A DNA stretch of 63,169 nucleotides, the filler included, from Thraustochytrium aureum (lineage: Eukaryota): NCBI GenBank assembly GCA_012862495.1. It is 9 parts of 4 records of this genome, joined end to end, with 100 filler letters (N's around TTAATTAATTAA, not from the genome) between each part and the next. Parts side by side here need not be neighbours in the genome. Positions count along the whole stretch, not along the records: positions 1 to 27,764 come from BLSG01000061.1; 8 more parts are not named here. One strand, given 5' to 3'. How positions within the stretch are numbered: the first letter of the stretch is position 1; every line of letters starts with the position of its first letter. The notes beneath the pieces were generated by a model that worked only from the letters and a program-made list of their open reading frames with translations, had not been told where the DNA came from and ran no database searches. A program made the position numbers and the translations under genes. Below are positions 1 through 11,247 of the stretch, one piece after another.

Positions 1-80
1 GGTTGCTTGCGAGTCGCTTGCGAGTCGCTTGCGGGTTCCTTGCGAGTTGCTTGCGGGTTGCTTGCGAGTCGCTTGCGAGT
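1..80. repeat. 11-bp tandem repeat, consensus GCTTGCGAGTC, about 7 degenerate copies
   Basis: Directly visible units gcttgcgagtc / gcttgcgggtt at the window start. Confidence 0.85.
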
Positions 81-283
81 TTGACCGAGCTCATCTGATA
101 CTTTGGCTCAGCACTGTCCTGTCGAGCTGGGGCAGGCACAATTCCACACCGGACGACCACATCAATCTCTTGTGTTGTTATTATGTACCTTCCTCTAGGC
201 TGTTCGGGGCCCTCAGCGCTGCTGGGCGCTCCCTCCAGTTGAGCTTGCGCTCGCGACAGCCGCGCGCGCTATCGTTGGGCGGC

Positions 284-2095
284 CTAGTCGGCATAAATGT
301 CGTCGAGGTCGTCGAGGTCGTCCTCGCCCTCCTCGGCGTCCTCGCCTCCCCTCCTCGGCGCAGCTGCGGTGCTCGACGAACCAGACGCCGCCGCAGACCC
401 GCTCGAAGTGGCAGCAGGAGCAGCGCTCGCTGAGGTCCCTGCGGCTGGGGCAGCCCCGAACCCGCCCATCCCGGGCATCGCGCCGGGCATCGCGCCGGGC
501 ATCGCGCCGGGCATCGCGCCGGGCATCATGCCGGGCATCATGCCGGACAAGCCTCCCAAGGCCGAGCGCATGGAAGGGTCCGACATCATCTCCATCATGC
601 TCTGCATCAACGACGGGTTGGACAGCATTGTCGTCATCGGATCCTGGCCAGAGGACATGGCCTGCATCATGGTGGACATGAGCTGGGGATCCTGCATGAG
701 GCGCTGCGACATGCCCTGCGCAGCGTTTCGAAGCTGCGGGTTGTTCTGGAAAGCCTGCAGCATTGCCGGGTCGACCCCGGGCATACCTGGGAAACCGCCC
801 GCAGGCATCCCGCCGCCAGGCAGCTGGCCGAACATGGAGCCAAAATTGTTGGACGGGTCGGTGAACGCGGCGAAAGGGTTGCCTGCCCCCGCTGGGGCGC
901 CGCCGAACGCGGACGGCGCGATGGCCTCGGCTACCGGGGCGGCAGACGGGACGCCGTGCGGGGCCAGCTTTTCAGCAAAGCGGGCTAGTTCGTCCCGGAG
1001 ACGAGTCATCTCGTTGGCGTTGCAGGCCGAGTTGAGCACGAGGTAGGCCTCGCCGTCGCGGTCTTTGTGCTCAAACCCGATTGCGAGCATGCACTCTGTC
1101 CCGCCCGAGCACGACGCTACCTTGGAGGAGAACTTTGCGTTGCCAACGCGGATGGATCGGTACTTGACGTCCTCAGGGTGCGTGACAATGTTGCGCACAT
1201 ACAGCTGGATGACCTGCACCGCGTCGCGGGCTTGCTGGCGCGTGTTGCGCGCCTCAAGGTCGCCCAGCGCGCGGCGCAGCTTTAGCTCTGCCGCCGAGGC
1301 TGCGCCAGCACTTCCAGACGGCGCCGCGGCTGGCTGGGCAGCTGGCTTGGCAGACCCCATAGAAACCGCAACGTGGACAGTGAGATCGGTCTCGGCGATT
1401 CCGCACGAGGCCAAAGAGGAGCCGTCCTTCAGGATCTTGCCATGGAAAATGAGGCGCACTGACGCCAACGAAGCGTCAAGCTCTACCGCAACTTTGCGAC
1501 GCAGGTGCTGTACCGAGGCCTTGCTGTTGATCTTGACTGGGCGCGTCTCGCCAGTGATCCGCTTGAGCTTTATGGTGAGCTCGTCTCCGCCTGTAGGCTC
1601 TGGGTCCGCAGCCTCGGCGGCCTGGATAGCCGCGCGGAAACTGGCCGCCTCGGCCTCAGCCGCTGCAGCAGCACCGCCCTTTGCATCCTTGTCCTCCTGT
1701 GCAGCTTCGCTCGAGCTCATCGAGAGCTTGATTGCGGCCGCGAGCTGCTCGTCCTCAGCCCGCACCAAGAGTCGCGTGATCGTAGACTCTAGCTTTTGCG
1801 GGCTCGCCCCCGAAAACCGCTCAATCTCCTGCCCGTTTAGGTGAAACGTAAACGTCGGGAAGGCGCGGATGCCGTACTTGGCCGGCAGGTTGGCCATCTT
1901 GTTGCTGGGCTCCTCCGTGTTTACCGACAGGAACGTGCCATTCGTGTAGAGGCGCGCCAGGCGCTCGTACTCTGGCGCGATCCGCACGCACGGCCCGCAC
2001 CACGGGGCCGACCAGTCCACCACAACGAGCCTATTCTCTGCGCGCAGCTGTTGGTTCAGCTGCGCTTCACCGAGCACATGGATCACGCCCGACAT
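284..2095 (-). CDS. Thioredoxin + UIM + ubiquitin-like + PUB + STI1-like multidomain protein
   Basis: Likely start MSGVIHV at ATG 2095. Motifs in order: Trx active site WCGPC; UIM EDEQLAAAIKLSM; UBL LTIKLKRITG...RLIFHGKILKDGSSLASCGI; PUB YVRNIVTHPEDVKYRSIRVGNAKF...MLAIGF; Met/Gln-rich NPQL/DPQL/NPSL STI1-like segment; GAMP repeats; acidic tail ending DDIYAD. Confidence 0.85.
   Translation of the reverse strand: MSGVIHVLGEAQLNQQLRAENRLVVVDWSAPWCGPCVRIAPEYERLARLYTNGTFLSVNTEEPSNKMANLPAKYGIRAFPTFTFHLNGQEIERFSGASPQKLESTITRLLVRAEDEQLAAAIKLSMSSSEAAQEDKDAKGGAAAAAEAEAASFRAAIQAAEAADPEPTGGDELTIKLKRITGETRPVKINSKASVQHLRRKVAVELDASLASVRLIFHGKILKDGSSLASCGIAETDLTVHVAVSMGSAKPAAQPAAAPSGSAGAASAAELKLRRALGDLEARNTRQQARDAVQVIQLYVRNIVTHPEDVKYRSIRVGNAKFSSKVASCSGGTECMLAIGFEHKDRDGEAYLVLNSACNANEMTRLRDELARFAEKLAPHGVPSAAPVAEAIAPSAFGGAPAGAGNPFAAFTDPSNNFGSMFGQLPGGGMPAGGFPGMPGVDPAMLQAFQNNPQLRNAAQGMSQRLMQDPQLMSTMMQAMSSGQDPMTTMLSNPSLMQSMMEMMSDPSMRSALGGLSGMMPGMMPGAMPGAMPGAMPGAMPGMGGFGAAPAAGTSASAAPAATSSGSAAASGSSSTAAAPRRGGEDAEEGEDDLDDLDDIYAD
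465..546 (-). repeat. Coding 12-bp tandem repeat (GMMP/GAMP, about 7 copies)
   Basis: ccgggcatcgcg repeated on the + strand. Confidence 0.8.
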
Positions 2096-3839
2096 GCTCT
2101 CCGCGCTCAGTACCTCAAGCCGCGCCCTCCCTTCCACCACCGCAGCGCCCTTGTCACCGTGCCAGCGACACTGACACCTGGCAGGCCTCGGCGTAGGCAC
2201 CTGTACGTGGAGAAATCCGACCCAAGTCGCGCGCCGCGCAACAAAAACGCACGAGCAACGCCAGCGCGTAGAGCGCGGAGGGGCCTCTGTTGCCTCTCAG
2301 CGCAGCTCTGTGAGCGCTCCCGGTCCTCTGCTGCTCTTCGTGCGCCGCCCTGATGGAGGTCTGGGCGACTCCATCCCGCGCAGCGCCCGACGCGTTCACA
2401 GCAACACGGGCACAGTTACGTGATTCCTCCCGTCGTTACGTGGGACGGCGTTGCATGTGGTTTCTTTGCGCGCGTCGACGAGCGATTCTGTGGATTAGTG
2501 ACGTGAAGTGGTGCTACGTGACGTGTGATCGGAACGCGATTCTGCGGGCCGAGGTGGCAAGAAGGGTATCTGCGGCCGCACGGCTGCTGACGATGGGCTT
2601 GATGGGTTTGGTGGAAGGCCTTTTCAATGCTTTTGCCTGCACAAGAGCTTCCGACAACAGCGTCGAGCCGGGCGACAGCAATGCGCGAGCGCGCGGAGCC
2701 CGAGGGAGCACCATGACTGCGCACATGACTGCGCAGTACTGTACTCGCTCGAGCGAGTTGAGCCCAGGAAACGGCGCGAAGCTGCTGCCGTTCTCCTCAG
2801 GTGCAAGATCGAGTGTCCGGCTTCACCATCACGAGGCTGCTTGGGGCAAATCTTTCGATCTGCGGGCGGTTCGTCAGCAGGCGTGTCAACATCGGAAGGC
2901 CCTCCACCCATCATCCGTCAGGCTCTTCGCCATCCCCAGCCTTCTGGTTGCCAGTTGGTTCCACTGGACCGGCCGTGGGGCTCCTCAGAACGCGGCCTCC
3001 GACGCGCAACAAGCAACACGGCGACCGCGGCCGGTCCGACCTGCAGCGATTCCCGCGCAGTTTCGAACGAAACGGCAAAATGCTGCACGGCGCGAAGGCC
3101 CGCGAAAGGCTTGGGCAAACGCAGCAGTCCCTTCCGTTGGCAGCGAGAGCGGCAAGTGGCCAAGTCACGGTGAGGTCCAACGGCTCCATCTCTTCTTTGC
3201 TGCCTGTCTCGTGGCGCCAGTCCATCCGTGCCACATAGAGTTTCGGAGAGCGCCCGCGATGATGAGCAAATGAAGCGGAGGCAAAAGCAACAAGGCGTTG
3301 GCCGGTTTGACCTGCCTCGTTGTGATCCAAAAGGCATTTACAGTTGTATGCAGCCTACAGTTTCAAACGAAACGGCTCAGTGGCAAGCAAACCCAAGGCA
3401 GCTCCTTGCAAGTCCAGTTTGGGGTCGAAGGGGTCAGAGCTGTCCGCCGCTATTCGCTTTGTCGCCAGGTCAAATTCCTTCGGTCCGTGCATGCCACGTA
3501 CAGAAAGAGAATGCAGAGTGAGTACTCCACTCATCAGCACAGCCAAGTGGAAGGAAGTGGCACCTGCACCTTGACAGCTAAAATTACATTTTCGGGTGCG
3601 CTCTCGCTCTACAATCAGCGAGAACAGAGGCGTTGGTGGCAAGCAACAGGCGCCCGAGCAACGTCAAGGTCCCGCTGCCGCAGGCCTGAGCCCCTGAGCA
3701 AGCAGACTCGCAACGACACCAAGCAGCGGCCAGAACCCAAGTGCAAGCAACACAACGGCAACCCGGCATCCAAGGAGCTACCCCAAGCACATCGTCGGCA
3801 TCAAGCATCGCAAGAACAACTAGCCCACGCGTGAAAACC

Positions 3840-4619
3840 ATGAAGGCCTCGATGACCCTCGTCCTGGCCGTCGCCGCACTCGCACAGCCCAGTGCCGGGG
3901 CGTGGGCGCCAGCAAAGATTATCACGGCAGCCCGTGAAGTGGTCGCTCGTCAAACCGAGCACCGCGCGCTGGACAGCGACGTGGGCAGTGGAATGGAAAT
4001 GGACGCAGCAACTCTCAAAAATGTCTTCGAAACCAGTTTCGAGCCCTGCCTGAAGGCGTACGGGGCGGACAAGTGGTTGAGGTGCGCGATTCTCAGCCAG
4101 GCGGATAGTCTTGCAAGCAACCCCACCGGGTTTGACCCGGGCTCCATCATGGACAATTCAGCTCTGGACGAAATTGACCCTGAAAACATTGCTGTCACCG
4201 CTTCGCAGTGCTCGGCGATCTTCAATTCAAGTCAAATGCAGTGCATGCTTCTAATCGACGAGAATGCGGTTTTCAAGTTCCTCAAGGCGGCCCCCACATT
4301 TGATGACAAGAAGAGCGAATGCACAAGCTTTATCGACATGGTAAACACTCTGGGCGGTCTCGGCGCGGGCAGTGGCAACAGCACGGACGGTGACTCGAGC
4401 GAAGATAGTGTCGATTCGTGCGAAAATGAAGCCAAGCCAGGCGAGGTCGACCCGATGGTTGTGACGATGCTGAATAGTTTTCGGGAGGTTGGCACAAAGT
4501 GCGAGGTCGCCAAACCGGGATCTACCACGTCGCTGATTGGCGACTATGTCGTCATCTCGATGTCGCCGCGATCGATGGCAGTTCCCGCGGCGCTAGTCCT
4601 CGCGGCTGCCTTCTTCTAG
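3840..4619 (+). CDS. Secreted, probably GPI-anchored Cys-containing protein of unknown function
   Basis: Signal-peptide-like MKASMTLVLAVAALAQPSAG; several spaced Cys; hydrophobic C-terminus AVPAALVLAAAFF with no cytosolic tail. Confidence 0.65.
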   Translation: MKASMTLVLAVAALAQPSAGAWAPAKIITAAREVVARQTEHRALDSDVGSGMEMDAATLKNVFETSFEPCLKAYGADKWLRCAILSQADSLASNPTGFDPGSIMDNSALDEIDPENIAVTASQCSAIFNSSQMQCMLLIDENAVFKFLKAAPTFDDKKSECTSFIDMVNTLGGLGAGSGNSTDGDSSEDSVDSCENEAKPGEVDPMVVTMLNSFREVGTKCEVAKPGSTTSLIGDYVVISMSPRSMAVPAALVLAAAFF

Positions 4620-5140
4620 TTTGGCAAACGTCTCGCACTTCAGCGCTGCTGGATGGAGTTTTCTTCCCGAGCTAAACAATGCACATTTTCCTCCGAAACT
4701 ACCCACAACTTTGCACGAGACGTGGGCTCTAAGAGCTGGCTGGCTTCCATGCGGCGCACCAATTGCGACGCGCCCCAGGCGATGAGGCGATGAGGGTTGC
4801 GAACTTGTGAGTTGGACGATCAAAAGAAGAAAGAGCGATAACGATCGACCGTCGTTCGTTTGCTCAGCATCGTATTCACCCTCTCTGTGCCACTCCATCG
4901 CGATGTCGATGTCCATGCTTGATTGAACGCCAGACAGTCATCAGTCCCCCAACGACGCAGGCGACGCAGGGCGACGCAGGGCGAGCAGGAGCGGCTGCTG
5001 CGGCGACAGCGGCCTGGACAGCATCGCCTTCGTTGGCGTGGCCGAACGCCGACTCTCGCGCGGCGGCGGCGCGTTGCGCTTGCGTTGTTTTTTTTTCGGG
5101 GTTGGTGGGGGTTGCCGGGTGCACGCGCCCCCAAGCGAGG

Positions 5141-8100
5141 ATGAGCGCGGCGGAGGAGCGCCAAGGGCGAAAGAGGCGGGGCGGGTTGTCGTGGGATGCC
5201 AAGATGACGCTCGTCGTGGTTGGCACGCTAGGGATTACGTCCATGATCTTTGTGAGAACGCATCTGACGATGGTCTCGACCTCGCTGTTCGTGTCGGTCT
5301 GCAACCACCCAGGCTGCTACGCAGCCGTGGCGCCAGAGCCCGTTCCTGAGGAGCAGCAAGACCCCGATCTCGCGTTGAGCACGTCGCTGCGCGCCGAGGA
5401 GCAGTCCGGGTCTGGGCAGGACTTGGACATTGCGAAGCCGACGGAGCCGGGTGCCCGCAAGGGAAATCCGGCGGCGTTGCCGGCCTTCATCGACTCGAGC
5501 GATTCGCAAGACATGGGCGACCCGCTGCACTACCTGTTAGACGCCGAGTTGGCGCGCCTGGCCACCCTTCCGAACGTGACTGAACGCGCGATCCGCGAGT
5601 TCGAGCTCGACTTGGCCGACGACTGGCTCACCTTCGAGCAGCTGAAGGCCCACCGCGGCCACTACTGCCAGCCCTTGCGGCACTGCAGCGTAAAAGCCCG
5701 GTCCATGTTCTTTTTGCGAGGCGGCGAGTGGCACCCTGGACGCAAGCAGGGTATCCCGAACCTTCACCCTTTCGATTGCTGGACGTACAACTTTGCAGGG
5801 GATGAACCCTGGATTGACCCTGCGGTCAACAAAGTCGAGCGAATGGCCATTTTCGTCGACGGCGCTGGGGAGGATGGCGAGAGCGCCTTCGAGCGCGCCG
5901 CCGCGATCTCGGACGTGCTCTACTATCTTCGGGCACGCCGCCCAGAGTCTCTCGCAGAAGAGCGCGACGTCGTGCAGCAGCTGACGGAAATCGTGCAGGC
6001 CAATCGCGCCAAGGACAACGTGGCTCTCACTCTGGTTATTAATTGGGCCCCAGAGGTCCCTGGAGCAGAGAACGACCTGGTAAAGCTCCTCATCCGCACA
6101 GGAGCGCAGCTCCCGGCCGGCGCCGTGCGCGTCACCTGGGCCTCGACGCCATTTCGCGGCAAGGAGTCGACAGGTGCGGCTATCCTCGTCAACGAGAGGA
6201 TGCGGCGCGCCATCGTGCACACTGTCGACTCAGGTGCCACTTCGGTTGTGGTGAATGACGATCTTGACGAAGAGGACCTGCCCCCCAACTTTATGCGCAA
6301 GGGCGGCCCCAAGGGCAAGGGCAGACCCGGCCAAGGTCCTGCTGGAAATGCTTTCAAGGTCATGCGGGCGCAGGGCCAGCGCGGCGCTCCGCGACCCGGT
6401 CCAGCTGCGTCAGAGTCGTCTTCGTGGGGCAGCCGCGAGTCCGAGTCCGTTCCGCTCACCGTTTCCGCCAAAGCCCTGCTTGCCAACGACGCTCTCGCAG
6501 AGTACTACATCATCGACGTCCGCGAAGAAGGCCCGAACACAGAACCGAGCCGTGCCTCATCGAGCCCTGCAGCAACCTTTGTTGACGAGTATCGCGCGGC
6601 CAAAACGACTCTCCAGGACCTCAGGCACGGATGGACGCTAGCGTTGCATCCGACCGCCAAGTTGCTCCTGGTCTGCGGCGACGGCCACCAAGCGCGGCGA
6701 GCCGCCGAGGTTCTGCGCGAGCAGGGCTTTGCTCACGCCGTAGCCCTGCTCGGAGGAATCAACGGCCTTGTGGCGCCCGGGACGAGGAGGCATTGCGTCT
6801 CGGTTCTGAGGAGGCCGCCGATCCCGACACCGACCCGGATGCCGAGCTGGATGCCGACCCGGACGCCGACACAGACGCCGACACAGACGCCGACACAGAC
6901 GCCGAACCGGATGCTGAGGAGGAGGAGCAAGGGCGCGCGGATGGGAAGGACGCCGATACCGCCCAGGAGGCGCTCGTCGACCAGGTATTCGAGGCCAGCC
7001 AACTGGGCGCGGAGCAACACGAGATCCAGGAGGCCGGGGCGGATCCGAAAACCAGCTTGAAGGCCAGCGAAAGCGAGCCAGACTCGGCCTCCTTCGACCT
7101 GTTTGACCCGAAGGGCACTTTGCGACCGCTGCCGCTCGTTACTTCGGTCGTGCTCGCTGGGCTCGACTTGTTTGTGCCCACTCTGACTGCGCCGGGCGAG
7201 GGAGAGTCGACGCTGGGAGATCCGGCGGTGGCCAACTTTGTGGCCAACTACGTTCTCAACCTTATGTTTGCACCCGAGTTGACGCGCGGCGCGGCGCTGG
7301 CGCGAGAGCAGCACGTCTGCACTGACAAGCTCAGCTGCACCTCGTGTTTCCTGACGAGCTCGCGCATCCCTTCGTCCCGAGTGAGCGCAGAGCTGCTGGA
7401 AAACTTCATGTCGGTGTGGCGCGTCCCGACCGTGATCACGCTGCGGGACGACCAGAAGGTGTGGAGGGGCACGTGGCTCAGCTTTCTGGAGAAGAACAAG
7501 GACAAGGCCCTCACGGTCCGGCGGGACTACGAATCGGTCGCCTCGCGCAAGTTTATGCAGCAGAGCCTGGAAAAGTACCTCGTTCAAACCGGGATCGTGC
7601 GACAGGAGCAGGACGGCTCGTTCGCCGTCGTTGAAGGCGACTCGCGCCGCGACCGAAACCCGGACAACCTTCCCAAGTACGCTGGCAACAACAAGCTCTC
7701 CAAGCAGATGATGTCCAGTTTCGACTTCAACTACCCGGAGTGGTATCACCCCGGGGCGCTGCAACGGCCCTCGATGTGGCTTGGCCCGCGCGGATCTTTC
7801 TCGGCGATGCACCAGGACCACCACAACGATGGCAACCTTGCGTACCAAGTCCTCGGCGCAAAGCGCTGGCACCTGTTCCCGCCGCGCGTCACGCCCTGGA
7901 CGTACTCGAAGATGTTTGGGATCGTGCTTTGGGCTGGCGTCACGAACCCAGAGGCGTTCACGGAGAAGCTCAACAAAGAGTTTCCGCGGTTTCGCATCGC
8001 GCTTGCTCATACCATCCTCATTGACGTGGAGGAGGGTGAGCTCTTGTACAATCCGGACGGGGTGTTCCACGCAGTGTACAACGTCAAAAGCAGCCTGATG

Positions 8101-8388
8101 CTCAACTTTTGGGTCAAGACAGTGCAGCGCCGCAAGGACCCCAATCCGATCAAGACAGTCTTCACAGGCGGTCGGATTGTTGAGCGCGCCCCCGTNNNNN
8201 NNNNNNNNNNNNNNNNNNNNNNNNNNNNNNNNNNNNNNNNNNNNNNNNNNNNNNNNNNNNNNNNNNNNNNNNNNNNNNNNNNNNNNNNNNNNNNNNNNNN
8301 NNNNNNNNNNNNNNNNNNNNNNNNNNNNNNNNNNNNNGCAGTAGTGAGCAATTCTTTTGAACTTCTGCTGCCATTTGAATCATTCTAA
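5141..8388 (+). CDS. Type II membrane protein with a rhodanese-like domain and a C-terminal JmjC 2OG/Fe(II) oxygenase domain; 1-nt frameshift near 6777; C-terminus uncertain across an N gap
   Basis: TM segment TLVVVGTLGITSMIFV; rhodanese IIDVRE...LLLVCGDGHQARRAAEVLREQGF...LLGGI; after the frameshift an acidic linker then JmjC MWLGPRGSFSAMHQD...QVLGAKRWHLFPP...GELLYNPDGVFHAVYN...LNFW with the HxD...H triad. Confidence 0.75.
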
Positions 8389-8429
8389 GCAGAGGACACG
8401 AGCTGCCCCAGGCACAGTTTCGACCTCGC

Positions 8430-11247
8430 TTACGACCGGGCGCCAGCCGCTTCGCGGCGCACGCCGAGCAATAAATGCATGTTTTCCTCCGCCAAGCGCT
8501 CTCCGTCAGGGAACGCGAACACGACCCTCATCAAAACGTCGGGGCTCTCCCCTCCATGAAGGAACCGCTTAACCCAGCACATTGCCAGGGACAGCGCGTC
8601 ACTCGGGGTCAAGCTCCAGGCCACGAGCCTGTTGACCCAGAAGGCGAGGTCATCGGACTCGTTGGAAAACGTTCCGCGCGAGACCAGCTGCCTTTGCACA
8701 GCGTTCCAGGCCGCGTCGTTGGAACGACCGCGGACAAGGTCGCCAGCGAGGTGCCGCTCAGTGCTTGGCCCGTTTCGTGCCCCTTCCACGTTCGTAGACT
8801 TGTGCTTGTGTGAGCTAGCATTTGCTCGTTCAGGCGGAGGCTGTTTCTGCGCCGCCTTGTAGAATCCATACATGCGGTGGATGCAGAGTTCCCGCCGGAA
8901 CGCGAGCTCGCGGGCCAGCGGTTGGGGCTGGGCCGACTCGCACGCGGCGCGCAACGGCGAGAGTGTTCCAACCCGCAAAAACACCAAGGTCTCCTCGAGC
9001 GGGCGGCCCAGAGACTTGGTCTCCACTGGTTCACTGTCGCCTCCCCCGAAACCCTGGTTGTTGGCGGTAAGCGCTGTCAAGGCAGCAAGGGCTTCGGTCT
9101 CGCGGACCTTGAGGCGGCCAAGCAAGGCGTCTCCGATTAAGCTCGTGCACTCCCAAGCCGTCAGCAGTGCAACGTCGACGATAGCCCATCGGCGCGCGAT
9201 GATCGAGGGCACAAAGGTGCGCTCGTCGCGACAGGCTTGGATGCGAGGGTCGGCCTGGAGGTCCCCCCAAGGCGAGCACTGGAGCCCTGCATTGTCGATT
9301 TGTTCGCAAACAGCTTGAGCGGCGAGCTCCAGTGCCGTTTCGGTCAGGCCGCTCGCGTCCGAGTAGCGTGGGGGGATCAAGCAGTCGCTATCGATGGCAT
9401 AAAGCGGGCAAGGCAGAGCGGCGGCGTCGTGCGACGGAGCGTGTCGATGGCGCCTGGCGCGTAAGACTCGCTTGTGATCACCATGTGCGCCTTTCGGCGG
9501 CGCGTGAAGAGGCTCAAGCACGAGAGGACGTCCCGCGCTGTGCAGTAGACACCGATTAGGGGCACCCCGCACTTGGCCAAGCTTGCCTCCATCTCGAGGA
9601 ACAAGCTGGCGCGCGACCGCATCGCCCTACTACAGGTGCTGGTGCTGCCTTCCCCGCGCTCGTGGACGCTCGAGTTTGCCGCCGCGTCTCGTGCGAGTCC
9701 ACAATCCCTTTGAGCTCCTCCGGCAGAAAGCAGATACCGACAACAGGGAGCTCAAGCTCGCGGTGGAGCCAGACAGACTGAGCCAGTGCCCAGTTGTCTC
9801 GCACGCGGACGCAGCTCGACGCCGTGCCCTCGAACCCTCCGAGCTGCGCCCAGTACACGATGCAGTCCCCGATCTTTCGTTTTGTAGCGCCTGGCATCTT
9901 GTACGCAAAGCTTCGTTGCCGCACAAAGGCAGGCCACCTGGAAAGGATGTACGGATCAGTGCGGGGGACTCGGCCGTGGTGCCCCGTTGCCAAGGGGGGC
10001 GATGAGGGGCAGCCGATCTCGCTGTCAGCGGCGGGGTCTGGGCTCTTGCACCGTCCCGCCTCGCTCTCCTTCGTCCCGCTATCCACAGCTGGCTCGAGGA
10101 GCCACCCGCGGATGCTGTCGCAGGTCTCGTTCACCTCGAGTCCGCGGATGCTCAAGGACGCAGAGTCCTGCCCCCCCGAGTCTTCCAAATCTCCCACTGG
10201 TTGTTTCTCGTCGTCTGCGATGCCTGGAGCAAGACATCGTTCTGGCGAGTGCGAATCGAGCTCGGCTTTGTGAGCTCGTGCGTTTTCGCGCGAATTTTCC
10301 ACTAGTTCGTGCAAGACGCCTGTCTCGAAGTCGATTCGGTTCGGGTTTCGGTTGGGTCTTTGGCCAAGACCCAAGTCGGAGCTTCGGTCGTCGCGCGTCA
10401 GGTCTTCAGCGGCCGGGACCGTCGCTGTCTCGCTATCAATACCGTCACTCCATGCTGTGCCCTCGTTCGGGTAAGTTCGTTTGGAGAGCGGCGAAGCCGA
10501 GGAGCGCGAGCTGACATCCGACTCGAACAGGCGTCGAACCTCTCTCGCGTCCGCTCGTGTCACGATTGGATCAGTGTCGCTGTCGTTAATTTCTTGTGAG
10601 CCTGTGTTGGTTTCTTGCTCAAATGGCACCCTTGCGTCGCCGGAAATCGCCGCCGTTTCGGTGTCGCCAGCAAAGTGCGGAGACTCCGGCGCGGCTGCTG
10701 CAGCACCGCCGACGAGATCTTGCGCGAGTGGGCCGTTTGCTGTCCGCGGCAAAGCAGGAGCGCTCGGCTGGCCCTTTCCCGGAGCCGCGTCTGCACTTTC
10801 GTCGCCAGGAGCCATTGAAGCCGGGCCAGGGCGCTGCTGGGGTTGTCTTCCCTGGTCGGCATCGTCGGCATCGTCATCGCCCCCTGTGCCGCCTAAGGGG
10901 CATTCGCCGTCAGACCCGCTCGCTGACGCTCTGCGTTTTGCAACTCTTTCTTCCACATCACGCAGGGCGTCCCAAAACGCGCCTGGCAGGGGTTCTTGCA
11001 CGCTGTCCAAAACCTGAACCATGAGATCTCCATCCGGGCTCGCCTGAACGCGCACAGCTCTTCGGCGCTTCCTGCTCTCGGCTCCATCTGCCGCCGCTTC
11101 CGCTCGTTCGCAGCACTTCTCCGCGAACTCGCAGAGCGCCTTGGTCGGCGCGTGGTCAAGGGCCTGGACCTCAACCAGGCAGCCATTATCTGCCAGCCGC
11201 GAGGCCCGGCGAGCGGGCAGGTCCTGCAGTGCCCGGCGGCCTCCCAT
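8430..11247 (-). CDS. Divergent class II CPD photolyase-like protein with a long low-complexity N-terminus; frameshifts near 9690 and 9430
   Basis: Three frames join into colinear class II photolyase motifs: IVYWAQ...RVRDNWAL...ELELPVV; EMEASLAKCGVPL; CPLYAIDSDCLIP; FLRVGTLSP; ELAFRREL; NDAAWNAVQRQLVSRG; FWVNRLVAWSLTPSDAL. Confidence 0.65.

Noticed and set aside
1..80. Terminal tandem repeat as a telomere
   Set aside because: It is a degenerate 11-mer unlike TTAGGG-type repeats, and the window edge is arbitrary.
297..1844. Long antisense ORFs here and throughout the window
   Set aside because: These are shadow ORFs expected at high GC opposite real genes; they contain no recognisable motifs.
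2353..3834. Overlapping 100-300 aa ORFs
   Set aside because: No motif or convincing coding pattern; a small gene starting MGLMGL near 2593 cannot be excluded.
6770..6790. Programmed ribosomal frameshift joining the rhodanese and JmjC parts
   Set aside because: No slippery heptamer, and the same 1-nt homopolymer pattern occurs in many unrelated genes.
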